From Nitrosopumilus sp. (GTDB taxonomy: Archaea > Thermoproteota > Nitrososphaeria > Nitrososphaerales > Nitrosopumilaceae), in the NCBI GenBank assembly GCA_965238275.1, contig OZ250186.1, positions 2,152,669-2,216,668 of the forward strand: a stretch of DNA of 64,000 bases. Reading direction: 5' to 3'. A program made the position numbers and the translations under genes. Positions 29,116 through 40,222 of the stretch are shown piece by piece. A model generated the notes under the pieces. The model was given only the letters and a program-made list of their open reading frames with translations. It did not search any database and was not told the origin of the DNA. Position 1 is the stretch's first letter. Each line of letters begins with the position of its first letter.

Positions 29116-30525
29116 CTAGATCATCTCCCGGACATCTGTAAAATGCCCCCGGATTGCAGCTGCTGCTGCCATTACCGGACTCACCAGATGCGTGCGTCCG
29201 CCGGCGCCCTGCCTGCCTTCAAAGTTCCGGTTGGACGTGCTTGCGCACCGCTCGCCCGGGGCCAGGATGTCAGGATTCATTCCAAGGCACATGCTGCATC
29301 CGGCCTCCCTCCATTCAAAACCGGCATCGGTAAAGATTCTGTCGAGTCCCATCTCCTCTGCCTGCCTTCGGACCATCTGTGAGCCTGGAACCACCATGGC
29401 CCGTACGTGCGGGGATACGCGGTTCCCCTGAACGATGCAGGATGCCTCTATCAGATCCTCGAGCCTTGCGTTGGTGCACGAGCCGATAAAGACGCGGTCG
29501 ATGCGTATGTCCCGGATTGGTGTTCCGGGCTTGAGATCCATGTAGTCAAGGGCATTCTGGGCGCCATCCTCCCGGTTTGGATCGCCGCAGGCAAACTCGC
29601 CTGGGGGCGGAACGGCGTCAGTCACATCGCATGTCATCTCCGGGTTGGTGCCCCAGCTGACCTGGGGCGCCATGTCGTCAATATTCATGACAAACCTCCT
29701 CTCAAAGGCTGCATCTGCGTCACTTTTGAGATCCTCCCTCCACGAGTCCACAAGCGATTCGTAGTTTTCCGGCGTGTACTGCCGTCCCCGGAGATAGTCA
29801 AATGTCTTCGAGTCCGGCGCGACAAGGCCCGCACGCGCGCCTGCCTCGATGGACATGTTGCATACAGTCATCCGCTGCTCCATGGAGAGATCCGAGATTC
29901 CCCGGCCGCAGTACTCGATTACCGTGCCCGTGCCGCCGCCGGTTCCGATGTTTTTAATGATCGAAAGTATGATGTCCTTTGCAGTCACGGCCCTTGGGTT
30001 CTTGGGCGACCCTTCCACCCTGATCTCAAAGGAATCCGGCTTCTCAAGCCACAGCGTCTGGGATGCCAGGACGTGTTCCACCTCGCTTGTGCCGATTCCA
30101 AATGCCAGCGCCCCAAAGGCGCCATGCGTCGAGGTATGGCTGTCACCACAGACAATGGTGGAACCTGGCAGGGTAATTCCAAGCTGGGGGCCGATAACGT
30201 GGACTATGCCCTGGTTGGGGCTGTCCATGTCAAAGAGTTTGATTCCAAAGTCCTGGCAGTTTTTTGCAAGCGTCTGGATCTGGACTGCCGATGTCTGGTC
30301 CAGCATTGGAAGGGTCCTGTTGCTGGTGGTGGGGACGTTGTGATCCATTGTTGCAATTGTAAGGTCCGGCCGCCTGACTCCCCTCCCATTCACCCGCAGT
30401 CCCTCAAAGGCCTGCGGCGATGTCACCTCGTGTACCAGGTGTCTGTCAACATACAGCAGATCCCGGCCGTCCTGCCGGGCCACCACATGGGCATCCCAGA
30501 TCTTCTCAAAGAGGGTCCTTCCCAT
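29116..30525 (-). CDS. leuC: 3-isopropylmalate dehydratase large subunit
   Basis: [38 protein letters not shown]. Confidence 0.95.
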   Translation of the reverse strand: MGRTLFEKIWDAHVVARQDGRDLLYVDRHLVHEVTSPQAFEGLRVNGRGVRRPDLTIATMDHNVPTTSNRTLPMLDQTSAVQIQTLAKNCQDFGIKLFDMDSPNQGIVHVIGPQLGITLPGSTIVCGDSHTSTHGAFGALAFGIGTSEVEHVLASQTLWLEKPDSFEIRVEGSPKNPRAVTAKDIILSIIKNIGTGGGTGTVIEYCGRGISDLSMEQRMTVCNMSIEAGARAGLVAPDSKTFDYLRGRQYTPENYESLVDSWREDLKSDADAAFERRFVMNIDDMAPQVSWGTNPEMTCDVTDAVPPPGEFACGDPNREDGAQNALDYMDLKPGTPIRDIRIDRVFIGSCTNARLEDLIEASCIVQGNRVSPHVRAMVVPGSQMVRRQAEEMGLDRIFTDAGFEWREAGCSMCLGMNPDILAPGERCASTSNRNFEGRQGAGGRTHLVSPVMAAAAAIRGHFTDVREMI

Positions 30526-31017
30526 CTAATCGCCCGGTTTGTACTTGAAGAGGCCGCCTGCGGCAATTATCTGGCCGATAATCTTTGAGAATGGCTTCAT
30601 GGGATATGTCTGGTTTTTGGTAACGTTTCGTATCTGGTTGGCATCCGTGTCAATCTCGACTGTGTCGCCTTCGGATATGCCCTCATACGCATCCTGTTCG
30701 ATCTCGATTGGCAGCAGGAACGCGCCATCCACCGCGTTTCGATAAAAGATTCTTGCAAAGGAGAGTGCGAGGACGGCCGTTATCCCCGAGTGCGACAGGG
30801 CGATTGGCGCATGCTCCCGAGACGAGCCGCACCCAAAGTTTTTCCCTGCCAGTATCAGGCTTCCATTCTTGGCCTTGGAGTGAAAGTCGGGATCCAGCCC
30901 CTCCATGGCATGCGTTGCAAGCTCCGCATAGTCATGAATCTTGAGGTACTGGCCGGGAACGATTACGTCCGTATCGATGTTGTCCCGTGCGTACTTTATT
31001 ATGCTGCCCCTCATCAT
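30526..31017 (-). CDS. Archaeal-type aconitase-family small subunit (homoaconitase/IPMI)
   Basis: DNIDTDVIVPGQYL, NFGCGSSREHA, FARIFYRNA. Confidence 0.88.
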   Translation of the reverse strand: MMRGSIIKYARDNIDTDVIVPGQYLKIHDYAELATHAMEGLDPDFHSKAKNGSLILAGKNFGCGSSREHAPIALSHSGITAVLALSFARIFYRNAVDGAFLLPIEIEQDAYEGISEGDTVEIDTDANQIRNVTKNQTYPMKPFSKIIGQIIAAGGLFKYKPGD

Positions 31018-32291
31018 TATAGATCCCTCGGGTCCGTGATTCTTCCGGTAACGGCAGACGCGGCTGCAACGAGCGGGGATGACAGGTATGTCTGGGATTC
31101 CACATGGCCCATTCTTCCCGGGAAGTTTCTGTTTGTGGTGCTGATGCAGATCTCGTCCTTTGCAAGCACCCCCATGTGAGCACCGCAGCACGCGCCGCAG
31201 GTTGGCGGCCCGACTGTCGCGCCCGCATCAAGAAATATCTTTAACAGCCCGTTCTCCATGGCGCGCCGGTATATCGATATTGCCGCAGGAAGTATCTCGG
31301 TTCTTATCCGCACTTTCCTGCCCTTGAGAATGCGCGCCGCAGCCTCCAGATCCTCGTACTTTGCGCCGGTGCATGAGCCGATGTATGACTTGTCCAGGTC
31401 CACTGACGGGGCATCCCTGACCGCCGAGACGTTTTCAGGCGAGAACGGTTTTGCGACCACCGGCTCCACCTCGGCACCCTCAATCTCAAACACCTGGGCG
31501 TACTCTGCGTCATCATCGCCCCTCACCAGACGAGCATCCGGTGCTGCTGCTCCCCTCTGTGCGAGATAGTCTGCCACCTTTTGATCCGGCTCGACGATTC
31601 CATTCTTTGCCCCGGCCTCGGTAGTCATGTTGCACAGGGTAAGCCTGCCCTCCACGGACATGGCATCAACGCCGGTTCCGCCAAACTGCATGGTTCTGTA
31701 TGCGCCGCCGTCTGTTCCTATCTGCCCGATTATCTTCAGAATCAGATCCTTTGCCATTACGTGATCAGGCAGCCTGCCGTTGATCTTAAAGTAGAGCGTC
31801 TCTGGAACCTTGAACCAGATCCTTCCGTTGAGCAGCACGTATGCCACGTCGGTGTGCCCCAGCCCGCATGCAAATGCCCCCAGGGCGCCAGTAGTGTTGG
31901 TGTGCGAGTCTCCCCCCACATACACGTCGCCGGGCATGACCAGCGCCTCCTCATGGGAGAGGGTATGGCATATTCCGTACTGGCCCATGCCGTACTTGAA
32001 GTGCTTCTTGATGCCGTATTCCCGTGTAAATCTGGATAATTTCACAATGTTTTCTGCAGAGATCTTCTCGGCAGAAGGGACAAAGTGATCCTCGGCAACC
32101 CAGACCCTGTCCGGATTCCACAGCCTGTCTGTCCGGATTCCCTGCGCCTTCAGCCTCTCAAAGACCTTGAGTACGCCGGGTCCGGATACGTCATGAACCA
32201 TGACCTGGTCAACATCTGCAAAGACCACGTCGTCAGGGGATACGCTGGATCTTCCGGACGCCCGTGCAAGAATCTTCTCAACAATATTCAT
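31017..32291 (-). CDS. Archaeal-type aconitase-family large subunit (homoaconitase/IPMI)
   Basis: GDSHT, IGSCT, CGACCG, TNRNFPGRMG. Confidence 0.9.
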   Translation of the reverse strand: MNIVEKILARASGRSSVSPDDVVFADVDQVMVHDVSGPGVLKVFERLKAQGIRTDRLWNPDRVWVAEDHFVPSAEKISAENIVKLSRFTREYGIKKHFKYGMGQYGICHTLSHEEALVMPGDVYVGGDSHTNTTGALGAFACGLGHTDVAYVLLNGRIWFKVPETLYFKINGRLPDHVMAKDLILKIIGQIGTDGGAYRTMQFGGTGVDAMSVEGRLTLCNMTTEAGAKNGIVEPDQKVADYLAQRGAAAPDARLVRGDDDAEYAQVFEIEGAEVEPVVAKPFSPENVSAVRDAPSVDLDKSYIGSCTGAKYEDLEAAARILKGRKVRIRTEILPAAISIYRRAMENGLLKIFLDAGATVGPPTCGACCGAHMGVLAKDEICISTTNRNFPGRMGHVESQTYLSSPLVAAASAVTGRITDPRDL

Positions 32292-32470
32292 AACCGACAG
32301 ACCCCGTCTTACAGATTAAAATCTTTTCAGGGATGACGGGGATGCGGGGGGCAATCCACGCATGCAGCTGAAATATTTTGGGCCTGAACGGTGCGTATGT
32401 TCCCCGCAGCACCATATGAACGGTAAAATGGCAGAACAGTAAAAAAGAAAAAAAACCCCCAGACATCATC

Positions 32471-33271
32471 ATGCACCTAAGCGTCCTACCCCTTCTGGCA
32501 GACAGAATGAGGGGAGTCTTTGACATATTTGAGATGCTCTCAAGGACGCTGGAGAAGAACGGCGCAAGACTGCAGGACGGCGATGTTCTGGTGATCTCTA
32601 CAAAATACGTATCAAACTCTCAGGGAAGAATTGTGGATGCCCAGAAGATCAGGGTATCAGGCAGGGGAAGACAAGTCTCAGAGAGGTTCAGGATGGAACC
32701 GGAGACTGCAGAGATCATCATCAGGGAGTCTGATGAGATTATTGGGGGCATTGCAGGATTTGTCATCACGTCATCAGAGAGCATAATGGCGCCAAACGCC
32801 GGAATCGACAGATCCAACGCGGGGGGGGAAGTGATCCTCTATCCTGCAGAGTCGCATCTGACTGCAGAACAGATTCGCAGAAAGATCTTCCTGGGGTTTG
32901 GCATACACGTGGGGATAATTCTGGCAGACAGCAGACTGATGCCTGCAAGGGTCGGAACCTCCGGGGTTGCAGTAGCGTGTGCAGGGATCGAGCCGGTGCT
33001 GGACATGAGAGGCAGCAGGGATCTTGACGGAAACCCGTTAAAGGTGACATTCCAGGCAGTGGCTGACAACCTGGCAACGATTGCAAACCACAAGATGGGC
33101 GAGGGCTCAGAGTCAAGGCCGTTTGCAATAGTCAGGGATTCGGGGGCAATACTGACAGACAGGAGGATCACGCCCTCAGAGACGACAGTGTCGCCTGACC
33201 TGTGCCTGTACGTCAGAGGACTCTCAGGCATGCACGCAGGCAGCAGGAGCAGCAACAGCAACAACAGCTAG
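32471..33271 (+). CDS. cofE: Coenzyme F420-0:L-glutamate ligase
   Basis: NAGIDRSN, DLDGNPLKVT, MGEGSESRP. Confidence 0.9.
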   Translation: MHLSVLPLLADRMRGVFDIFEMLSRTLEKNGARLQDGDVLVISTKYVSNSQGRIVDAQKIRVSGRGRQVSERFRMEPETAEIIIRESDEIIGGIAGFVITSSESIMAPNAGIDRSNAGGEVILYPAESHLTAEQIRRKIFLGFGIHVGIILADSRLMPARVGTSGVAVACAGIEPVLDMRGSRDLDGNPLKVTFQAVADNLATIANHKMGEGSESRPFAIVRDSGAILTDRRITPSETTVSPDLCLYVRGLSGMHAGSRSSNSNNS

Positions 33272-33376
33272 AAGGGCCGTTCTGTTCTGAATGGATTGGT
33301 TTGAAGAATCCCGAGCATGCTGTGTGCTCATCGATGACCCGGATTGGCTGTTCCCGCATGACTAAAAACACGCCTG

Positions 33377-34370
33377 TCATCCCATGACGTTTGGATAGCA
33401 GGCATACGTGTCTGCCAATTCCTGCTGGCGTTCCACCAGCATGTTATGCCATTCTATCACGGACGCATGTTTTTCTGCCAGTTCGTTGTACTTGTCGGTA
33501 TTCCACCCGTACTGTTCTACCGCCTCGTCGTACTCTGCAAATATCACGCTGTATTCTTCTACCATTTCGTCATACCCTGCACCGCTCACGGCTGTCATCT
33601 CCACCCCAATACGGTCAAGATCGGCACCCATGCCATCCAAGGCCGCGTCTAGATTGGCAAATATGGTGTCAAACTCGGCAAACGCGGAGTCAAATGCCTC
33701 CAAATTCTCGTCGTGCATGGTAATCTCGCTGGCAATCTCGCCCATGTCCGTGTATAGTATTTCCTGCCCCACGAACCACTCGGCGCGTTTTTCCGGCACG
33801 GCATAACCGTTCCAATCAGACGTGGGCACACCGCCATTCCCGTACATCAGGTGTGACGTGTCATCGGTGTGGCCGAGCCCGAGGGAATGACCTATCTCAT
33901 GCATTATGACATTTGTCACAAAATCATGGTCCCTCTGGACGAATTTTCCATTGCAGTCATAGTCGCCCAACCCGATATGGATATCGCAGTCGATGTAAGG
34001 GACGTTCAGCGGGCATTTGACCTCGCCGGCGCGCCCGTTTAACAACTTGTGCGTCCATATTATGTCGATCGCGCGTCAACGAACCTCAATCCGGGGTTTG
34101 ACATTTCCCACGTGCCCAGCGCGTCCTCAAGTGCCGCAATCGGGATCTCCTTGTCCGGGATCATGTCCAGCCAGCCGCTTACGGAATAACTCACCGTCTG
34201 GTTATGCGCCAGAAAGCCAAGGCTTTGCATGTATTCCAGCGCAGCCCACATTTCAGTCTCTTCAATAAGGCCGTCTTCCTCGTATTCGAATAACACGTCG
34301 ATCCACGCGTCGGCCGAACCTGGAACGAATAACAACATTACAAGGAATGCATATGTGGCTTTCGTTACTT
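33377..34370 (-). pseudogene. Matrixin-family (M10-like) zinc metalloprotease, frameshifted near 34070
   Basis: HEIGHSLGLGH plus Met-turn HLMYG; N-terminal part (ALGTWEMSNPGLRFVD) in a different frame from IDIIWTHKLLNG. Confidence 0.7.
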
Positions 34371-34410
34371 ACAATAGGCATTCATTGCTTAAAACTGATC
34401 ACTGGAAAGT

Positions 34411-35623
34411 GGGTGTGTCCTAGTAATAAAAAATGCCATCCCATGTGCCAAGATGTCAAAGACACGATTGGTGCCAGAACCCGTCGGCATCAACAGTGCA
34501 GCACCGTCGATCCCCCACAACCCATAAAATCCCCCAAATCCAAGACGCTGTGCGGAGGCTCCGCTAGGAGGCGCGTGTCAAGACGCGCCGGTTACGCTGC
34601 AAGTATCGCGATTTGATCCTGTGTGAGCCTACCGTCTTTTGCCTGCAATCTGGCCACGAGCTCGACGTTGTAGCACATGATGCGGATCGCAACCTCATTT
34701 GCCCGGTTCTCGTGTTTTCGGCATCTGGTGCCATCCCCGTACATCTTCTTGAGGGCGGCAAAGACTGCCTCGATGATGCTCCGCTGGTGGTACTGCGAAT
34801 CAAATTTGTCCCGATCATCCATGTACAGGCTCACCATCTCGCGCCACGACTGGCTTCCCTTGGCGTTGCGTACGGTGTTGGACTTTGGCTTGATGCGGGG
34901 CACCATTCCCATGGCAGATATCATGTTGCACATGAGCCTTGCCAGGTACGCAGAATCCAGGCAAAAGTCGCCGGTGCCCCGGCTTAGCCTGCAGAGCATC
35001 ACATACAACCCGTTTATGTCTGCCACCGCGCTGTCTGTCACCATGCAGTCGATTATCACCCTGGTGCGGATATCCACGATTGCGTGCAGTTTGACCCATC
35101 CCTTCCTGGTGCGAAAACTGTCGGTCCTGACGTCAAGCCACCTGACAAACCGCAGGTACGAGTATCCGGTGCTGTCTGCTGCCAGGGAGCCTGCCTCCAC
35201 CTCCCTGATGGCAATCCGGTGTGCCTCTGCCAGATACCATTCCGGGATCAGGCCGTAGGCGTGCGCTATCGTGCTCTTGGAGGGAATCCGGTCCAGGCCC
35301 ATCTTGGCTGCCATGGTGCCGTTATTCCGGAGAATGCCGACCATCTTACGGTAGGTCGTGCGCTGTGCCTCAAGCATGATGCAGACAGCTGCCATGGCGC
35401 CAGGCGGATATGCAGTCATGCCGCCCAGGCCGGGCCTGACGGCGTACGGATTCCCAAGCTCCTTGATTATTCCCAGCACGGTATTCAGCATGAGACCAGA
35501 CAGGTACTGCTGAACCAAATCGTATTGTCGTTGATCGCGTTTCTTTGTAGTCATTAGGCGATGCCGTGATCTGCCGATCCATATCTTTTGTCATCCGGGG
35601 GTATATGTCTCTAGGACACACCC
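34411..35623 (-). mobile_element. IS5-family element
   Basis: 13-bp perfect TIR GGGTGTGTCCTAG; 9-bp TSD CTGGAAAGT (34402-34410, 35624-35632). Confidence 0.9.
34592..35554 (-). CDS. IS5-family DDE transposase
   Basis: ADSTG, WVKLH, LDSAY, YHQRSIIEAVF. Confidence 0.9.
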   Translation of the reverse strand: MTTKKRDQRQYDLVQQYLSGLMLNTVLGIIKELGNPYAVRPGLGGMTAYPPGAMAAVCIMLEAQRTTYRKMVGILRNNGTMAAKMGLDRIPSKSTIAHAYGLIPEWYLAEAHRIAIREVEAGSLAADSTGYSYLRFVRWLDVRTDSFRTRKGWVKLHAIVDIRTRVIIDCMVTDSAVADINGLYVMLCRLSRGTGDFCLDSAYLARLMCNMISAMGMVPRIKPKSNTVRNAKGSQSWREMVSLYMDDRDKFDSQYHQRSIIEAVFAALKKMYGDGTRCRKHENRANEVAIRIMCYNVELVARLQAKDGRLTQDQIAILAA

Positions 35624-35757
35624 CTGGAAAGTTGTGTACGCGTCTTGGCTCAGCGGCGTAAAGATCCATAATGATCAGGATCGGTGGGCCATGCACCGGA
35701 TTCATGCCAAGCCGAAACTGTGCCATCGGAACGAGTTTTTGCTTTAAATATCCCATT

Positions 35758-36324
35758 ATGGATCACAATAACATGGAGTACATGACCAGATACCCCAAGA
35801 CCATATCATTCCTTGACGGACTGAAGCACCAGATTAATGCAGACAGCAAGGAGGGCGTCGAGCAGCTCCACATAGTAGTCAGAAAGAGCTTTGAGGAGAT
35901 CACCAAGATCTTTGCAAAGGAGGGATTTACCAAGGTAAAGCTTGAGCACAAGCAGCCGGACCAGATAGGCAGCGGAATGAATCTGAAGCTGAAAAAGCCA
36001 TGGGAGATACACGTAAGAATGGTCGACTTGAAGAAGGGGCTGATTGGAATCCAGGCAGAGGTAGAGGTCTCAAGGGACTATCTCCAGCACCTGTTCTCCC
36101 AGAGGACGCCAGTCGTCTACGAGATCGAGGAGATTCTAAAAAAATACCAGGTGGAGTACAGCGTATGGCACAACAGAATCAGAAAGAACATACACACCAT
36201 CATAGACAACTACAAGGTCAAGCTTGCAACGCCCAGCATACCCGTATTTGCATGGAAACCCATGCTGTTTGTAATCGGAACGATAGGCGCCTTTTACGGC
36301 TGGAAGTACTTTAACACCATCTAG
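35758..36324 (+). CDS. Hypothetical protein (thaumarchaeal-type), C-terminal TM helix
   Basis: Host-like codon usage, AEVEVSRDYLQHL motif. Confidence 0.7.
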   Translation: MDHNNMEYMTRYPKTISFLDGLKHQINADSKEGVEQLHIVVRKSFEEITKIFAKEGFTKVKLEHKQPDQIGSGMNLKLKKPWEIHVRMVDLKKGLIGIQAEVEVSRDYLQHLFSQRTPVVYEIEEILKKYQVEYSVWHNRIRKNIHTIIDNYKVKLATPSIPVFAWKPMLFVIGTIGAFYGWKYFNTI

Positions 36325-36653
36325 ATGCCAAGCATCTCGGCCTTGGTCAGTTCCAGAAACACCTTGTCCCCCACTGAAAGACCCATCTCCTTGTACTCGT
36401 GCATCTCAAGCTTCAACTGGGTGACTCCGGCCTGCGCCCCCATTCCGCCGCCGCCCATTCCGGAGAGCATCTTGTTGAGATCCTTCATCATGTCGTTCAT
36501 GTTTGTGAATCCCATTACCTTTGGGGTGCCAAACGGCGACGGCGGGTTCTGTGCCCCTTCCTGAAAGTCCTTTATCGAGGACAGCGAGACTACCACGTAT
36601 GGTGCCCCGTCAGGCGAGGCATCAATACTTCGCACTACAAACTCTTTCTTCAT
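36321..36653 (-). CDS. Hypothetical protein (thaumarchaeal-type)
   Basis: MKKEFVV...LSVGDKVFLEL, Gly/Met-rich linker. Confidence 0.7.
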   Translation of the reverse strand: MKKEFVVRSIDASPDGAPYVVVSLSSIKDFQEGAQNPPSPFGTPKVMGFTNMNDMMKDLNKMLSGMGGGGMGAQAGVTQLKLEMHEYKEMGLSVGDKVFLELTKAEMLGI

Positions 36654-36952
36654 GTTATGGAATGGCGGTCTCTTGCCATATAATCTTAATTTTGGCAAAA
36701 GGCCGTTTGGACGGTATGTGGCGGCTTTGCAGCTCATCTGAGGGCAGAATGCGTGCTATTCTGGCCTGTAAGTATTCTGAGATATCCTCTGGCCGCATGT
36801 GGGGCCCGGTTCTGTCCGAGGCAGGAAATGGAACCGTGTAGAATCCGTCAAAAAATGCCTGCACGCCTCAGATCGGGGCGTGGATTTGTGAACGGGCGGC
36901 AGACTGCATATCAATTCTGGCCGGATCCCATCAGGCATGCCTGCATTCATTT

Positions 36953-37726
36953 TCAGGCAATCCAGCGTGTTATGGAGTAGTAGTTTTTGTCATATTCAAA
37001 GATCCAAGACAGGTCGTATTTTTCGCGCCACCGATCAATTTGGCTAATGTCTGACCGGCTCAGGGCAACTGACACGTCAATGTTTTCCTGAATCATTCCT
37101 GTGGCGTTTATTGCCGACTGTACAGTCGGGAGTTGTGCCAAGTCCGTATCAGTCAGATCCACAAATTGGGACTGTGCGCGTTGTAACATGTATACCCCAA
37201 CGAACGGTGGGTCAGGACCTCCGACCAGGACGTATTCATCAGAAAAGACGTAAAACGTCCCATCATGCCTGAAGAATTTTGAATCGGTGCGATACTCATA
37301 GCTGCCCGGATACATCGACTTGGTGTCCGGGTCAGGCTCGGATATTGTAAAATAGTCATCTACATTACCGCCATACTTTGCGACATGCTTTTGTGCGACA
37401 TACCGGTGGTTTGCAAACATGTCATCATAGGTTGCAGACACCCGGCCTTCCGGACTCAGTGGAAAGTCTTCTGCAAGGGATTGCTCAATCAGGTCTCTGA
37501 CTATGGGTGCCTCCCTCAGGGCATCATCACTCAGATGTTTAATTTCCAGATGCTCCAGTCCCTCCGCAGCGTCTGCCGCTTTTTGAAACTCGTAGTCAGA
37601 GTAACGTATGAGCCCGACCCCCTCATGGTAGGGCGAGACGCCGAGGGCAGACAGATAAAGCACGGCAAAGACGGCGGCAGATATTCCGACACTTCCGGTT
37701 ATTTGCAGAATTCTCCCAGTCCTCAT
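36953..37726 (-). CDS. Membrane-anchored hypothetical protein
   Basis: N-terminal TM helix; weak internal repeat (LSDDALREAPIV / LTDTDLAQLPTV). Confidence 0.6.
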   Translation of the reverse strand: MRTGRILQITGSVGISAAVFAVLYLSALGVSPYHEGVGLIRYSDYEFQKAADAAEGLEHLEIKHLSDDALREAPIVRDLIEQSLAEDFPLSPEGRVSATYDDMFANHRYVAQKHVAKYGGNVDDYFTISEPDPDTKSMYPGSYEYRTDSKFFRHDGTFYVFSDEYVLVGGPDPPFVGVYMLQRAQSQFVDLTDTDLAQLPTVQSAINATGMIQENIDVSVALSRSDISQIDRWREKYDLSWIFEYDKNYYSITRWIA

Positions 37727-37803
37727 CCCCTGTTACCCCTTCCAGACACCATAACGATCAACTGTTTTGCCCAGGTTCTCTATTAAACAATTCATGCATG
37801 CCC

Positions 37804-39052
37804 GGCGTTGTCCACATTTTGATAATCCCGCTCTATTTCACACTATTTTTGGTTTATTTTGGCACCCCAAATCTGGACTCCGAAGGGAGTTTTGGTGTTG
37901 ACAGGTTTACTATTAGTCGCTTTTGAGCCGTTTTCATCATGTGGTGTATAGCATCTGCTGGAACCGGAAACCGGCATTCTGCCCCTACAGGAGCCCTATG
38001 CTACCAGATTGTAACAGATGTTTCGCAGAATTACCTGGAGCCTCTGCATGGGGAGCGTCTTTGCGGCCACTACGGAGCCGAACCTTTCCTTCATGGATGA
38101 AAACACCGACTCGACAGGGCTGCGTTGGTGATACACCTTCTCGAATCCGTCCTGATCCCGCCTGAACCAGCGGAGCATCTCTGCCCGGGGGTTGAAACCC
38201 TTTGCGGTGTGGTTCTTGCGGGGCCATATCACCGGCTTCCTGCCGCTGTCGTAGATCATCTTGCAGTTGGCGCGTGCGTCATATGCCGAATCCAGCATGA
38301 CGTGCCCGTCACCGTCTGGCACGCGGGCAATCATCTTTCGGAATATCGGCGAGTCGTGGGTGCGTCCGGGCGTCACCATGCATGCGACGATCTTTCCATG
38401 GGGGGCCACCAGTATATGCAGCTTGACGAACTGACGCCTAGACACGATGCCCTTCTTGGCATCCTCCCAGTCGGCGTAGACGTTGATTGAGAATCCGGTT
38501 GCGTCCCCGAGGAGAGGACCGTGTGCATCACTGCCTGCCTGTCTTAGGATCGTCTCTGCCAGAACCTCCTGCTTTTCTGCCAACCTCTTGGCTGCCGCAT
38601 GCAGGCACGATTTGGACGGAACAGCTTTTAAGCCGCATACGTGCAGTGAACCTGGGTTTGCCTCTAGGTACGAGACGTGTTCCCGGTATGAGTTGCCGCG
38701 AAACTCCTTGCCCATGAGGCAGATCAAGTAGGAGATCTCACGCCGGTCCTTATCAGATTTTGGTTTGAAGATCTCGTACAGGGTGGTGGCAAGGAATCGG
38801 ATTCTGATTGATACTCGTTTCCCCTCTCCACTCCTTCTCACCTCGTATTCTTTGCTGTAGCCTTTCGGCCGCACCCATTTCTCCTTGTTTTCCTTGTCTT
38901 TGTCTTCCTTGGCTCTGTTCTTTGCCTTCCTCTTTTTTCTATTGGAATTCATTAATTGTGAGCGGGATCGGTGATCCAAAACTTTTCTGGTGTCTGACGC
39001 TAATGATCTTTAAGCGTAACGTTACTTTTTTGAGGAAGATGTGGACAACGCC
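37804..39052 (-). mobile_element. IS5-family element
   Basis: 14-bp TIR GGCGTTGTCCACAT; 10-bp direct repeat ATGCATGCCC (37794-37803, 39053-39062). Confidence 0.9.
37996..38952 (-). CDS. IS5-family DDE transposase
   Basis: GDATGF, FVKLH, HDSP, LDSAYD, YHQRSPVESVF. Confidence 0.9.
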   Translation of the reverse strand: MNSNRKKRKAKNRAKEDKDKENKEKWVRPKGYSKEYEVRRSGEGKRVSIRIRFLATTLYEIFKPKSDKDRREISYLICLMGKEFRGNSYREHVSYLEANPGSLHVCGLKAVPSKSCLHAAAKRLAEKQEVLAETILRQAGSDAHGPLLGDATGFSINVYADWEDAKKGIVSRRQFVKLHILVAPHGKIVACMVTPGRTHDSPIFRKMIARVPDGDGHVMLDSAYDARANCKMIYDSGRKPVIWPRKNHTAKGFNPRAEMLRWFRRDQDGFEKVYHQRSPVESVFSSMKERFGSVVAAKTLPMQRLQVILRNICYNLVA

Positions 39053-39130
39053 ATGCATGCCCGACCAGCCTGTATGCGATGGCAAAGGCGGCATTACGGA
39101 TGCGCAAGGGGCAGCATGCCTCCATAATGG

Positions 39131-39712
39131 ATGTCGGTGGTTGAAACTTTAATTACAAATTTTTATCAAACCATAACGTTGACTGAGCCGTTAAGAACCA
39201 CGCTTCGATACTATGGGATCTCGCCGTGGGAGATCGAGGTGCTGTACGGATTCCTCAACTCCCATTTTGTAGTGATCCAGGACGAGATCGAGCCCGATGA
39301 TGAAAACTTTGTGAGTCTTTTGGACATGACCATTCCGCTCCAGTTCAGCGAGACGTTCTTCCAGTGGTTCGGATTCAAGCGCTGGGAGAAGATCAAGGGC
39401 ATCTTCAAGGAGATGAAGCGGAGGAGGGGCAGTGGCAACGCATTAAAGATTGTCATCAGGTTTCTGGGAAGGCCGGGGATCATATTTACCGTCGATGTCA
39501 ATGACAGGCAGTGGTTTGACAACGCAATGGAGAAGATTGATTTTGTGCTGGAGCTGCTGCCGCACCATCTTGATCCGGGCAAGACGCCCCCGGACATCTC
39601 AGAGATCACATACAGGTTTGACCAGGAGACGATAAGGTGGCGCCTTGATGCTGCCTCGTCAGGGGGCAGGAGGTATTCCTTCAGAGGCGGCTCGTGGGTA
39701 GGGGCTACCTGA
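39131..39712 (+). CDS. Hypothetical protein (thaumarchaeal-type)
   Basis: WEKIKGIFKEMKRRRG, EKIDFVLEL; true start may be ~39178. Confidence 0.7.
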   Translation: MSVVETLITNFYQTITLTEPLRTTLRYYGISPWEIEVLYGFLNSHFVVIQDEIEPDDENFVSLLDMTIPLQFSETFFQWFGFKRWEKIKGIFKEMKRRRGSGNALKIVIRFLGRPGIIFTVDVNDRQWFDNAMEKIDFVLELLPHHLDPGKTPPDISEITYRFDQETIRWRLDAASSGGRRYSFRGGSWVGAT

Positions 39713-40139
39713 GATCATCCTGTAGCGGTTCTAGCAGCCTGTAAAGCTCCTTGTACTTGGATTCAAGAAACTCAAGGGCGTCTCCAAGCTTTTTGGATTT
39801 TGCATACTTGAAGCGAATCAGTTCGCGGTGGTGCCAGTATGTGCTGCCCTGGCCAGAGGAGATTGTGGTGAAATAGTCCACCCCCTTTATGGCATCGGGC
39901 AGCCTTACATCGTACGGAAACAGCATATCCACAATGAACCATTCATCCCCGTCAGGGTAGTCAGAGCCGGTCTCCACATCAAAGAATATGTGAAGCAGGT
40001 CTGACTGCATGAGGCCGTCGCCGTCCAGCAGCGGATGTCTTGCAGACGATCTCTTAAAGTCCAGATTTACAAGTTCGGGTTCAAAGAACCCCCGGATTAT
40101 GGATCGACGAAATATCTGGTTTGCCTTGCTGATATTCAA
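39705..40139 (-). CDS. Hypothetical protein (thaumarchaeal-type)
   Basis: 144-aa ORF, TGSDYPDGDEWF motif. Confidence 0.7.
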   Translation of the reverse strand: MNISKANQIFRRSIIRGFFEPELVNLDFKRSSARHPLLDGDGLMQSDLLHIFFDVETGSDYPDGDEWFIVDMLFPYDVRLPDAIKGVDYFTTISSGQGSTYWHHRELIRFKYAKSKKLGDALEFLESKYKELYRLLEPLQDDLR

Positions 40140-40222
40140 ATATTAGTATTTAACGAAACTTGGCTATAACCTCTTAGGTCGACCATTTAAAACAGATCCA
40201 CGCCCACAAAATAAGAATACAC

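Noticed and set aside
29407-30588. Long antisense ORFs (393 aa here; also 13104-14033 and 21587-22378)
   Set aside because: Shadows of real genes on the opposite strand, no motifs
34570-35660. CAAGACGCG inverted pair as possible IS ends
   Set aside because: A perfect 13-bp TIR with a 9-bp TSD at 34411/35623 explains the element better
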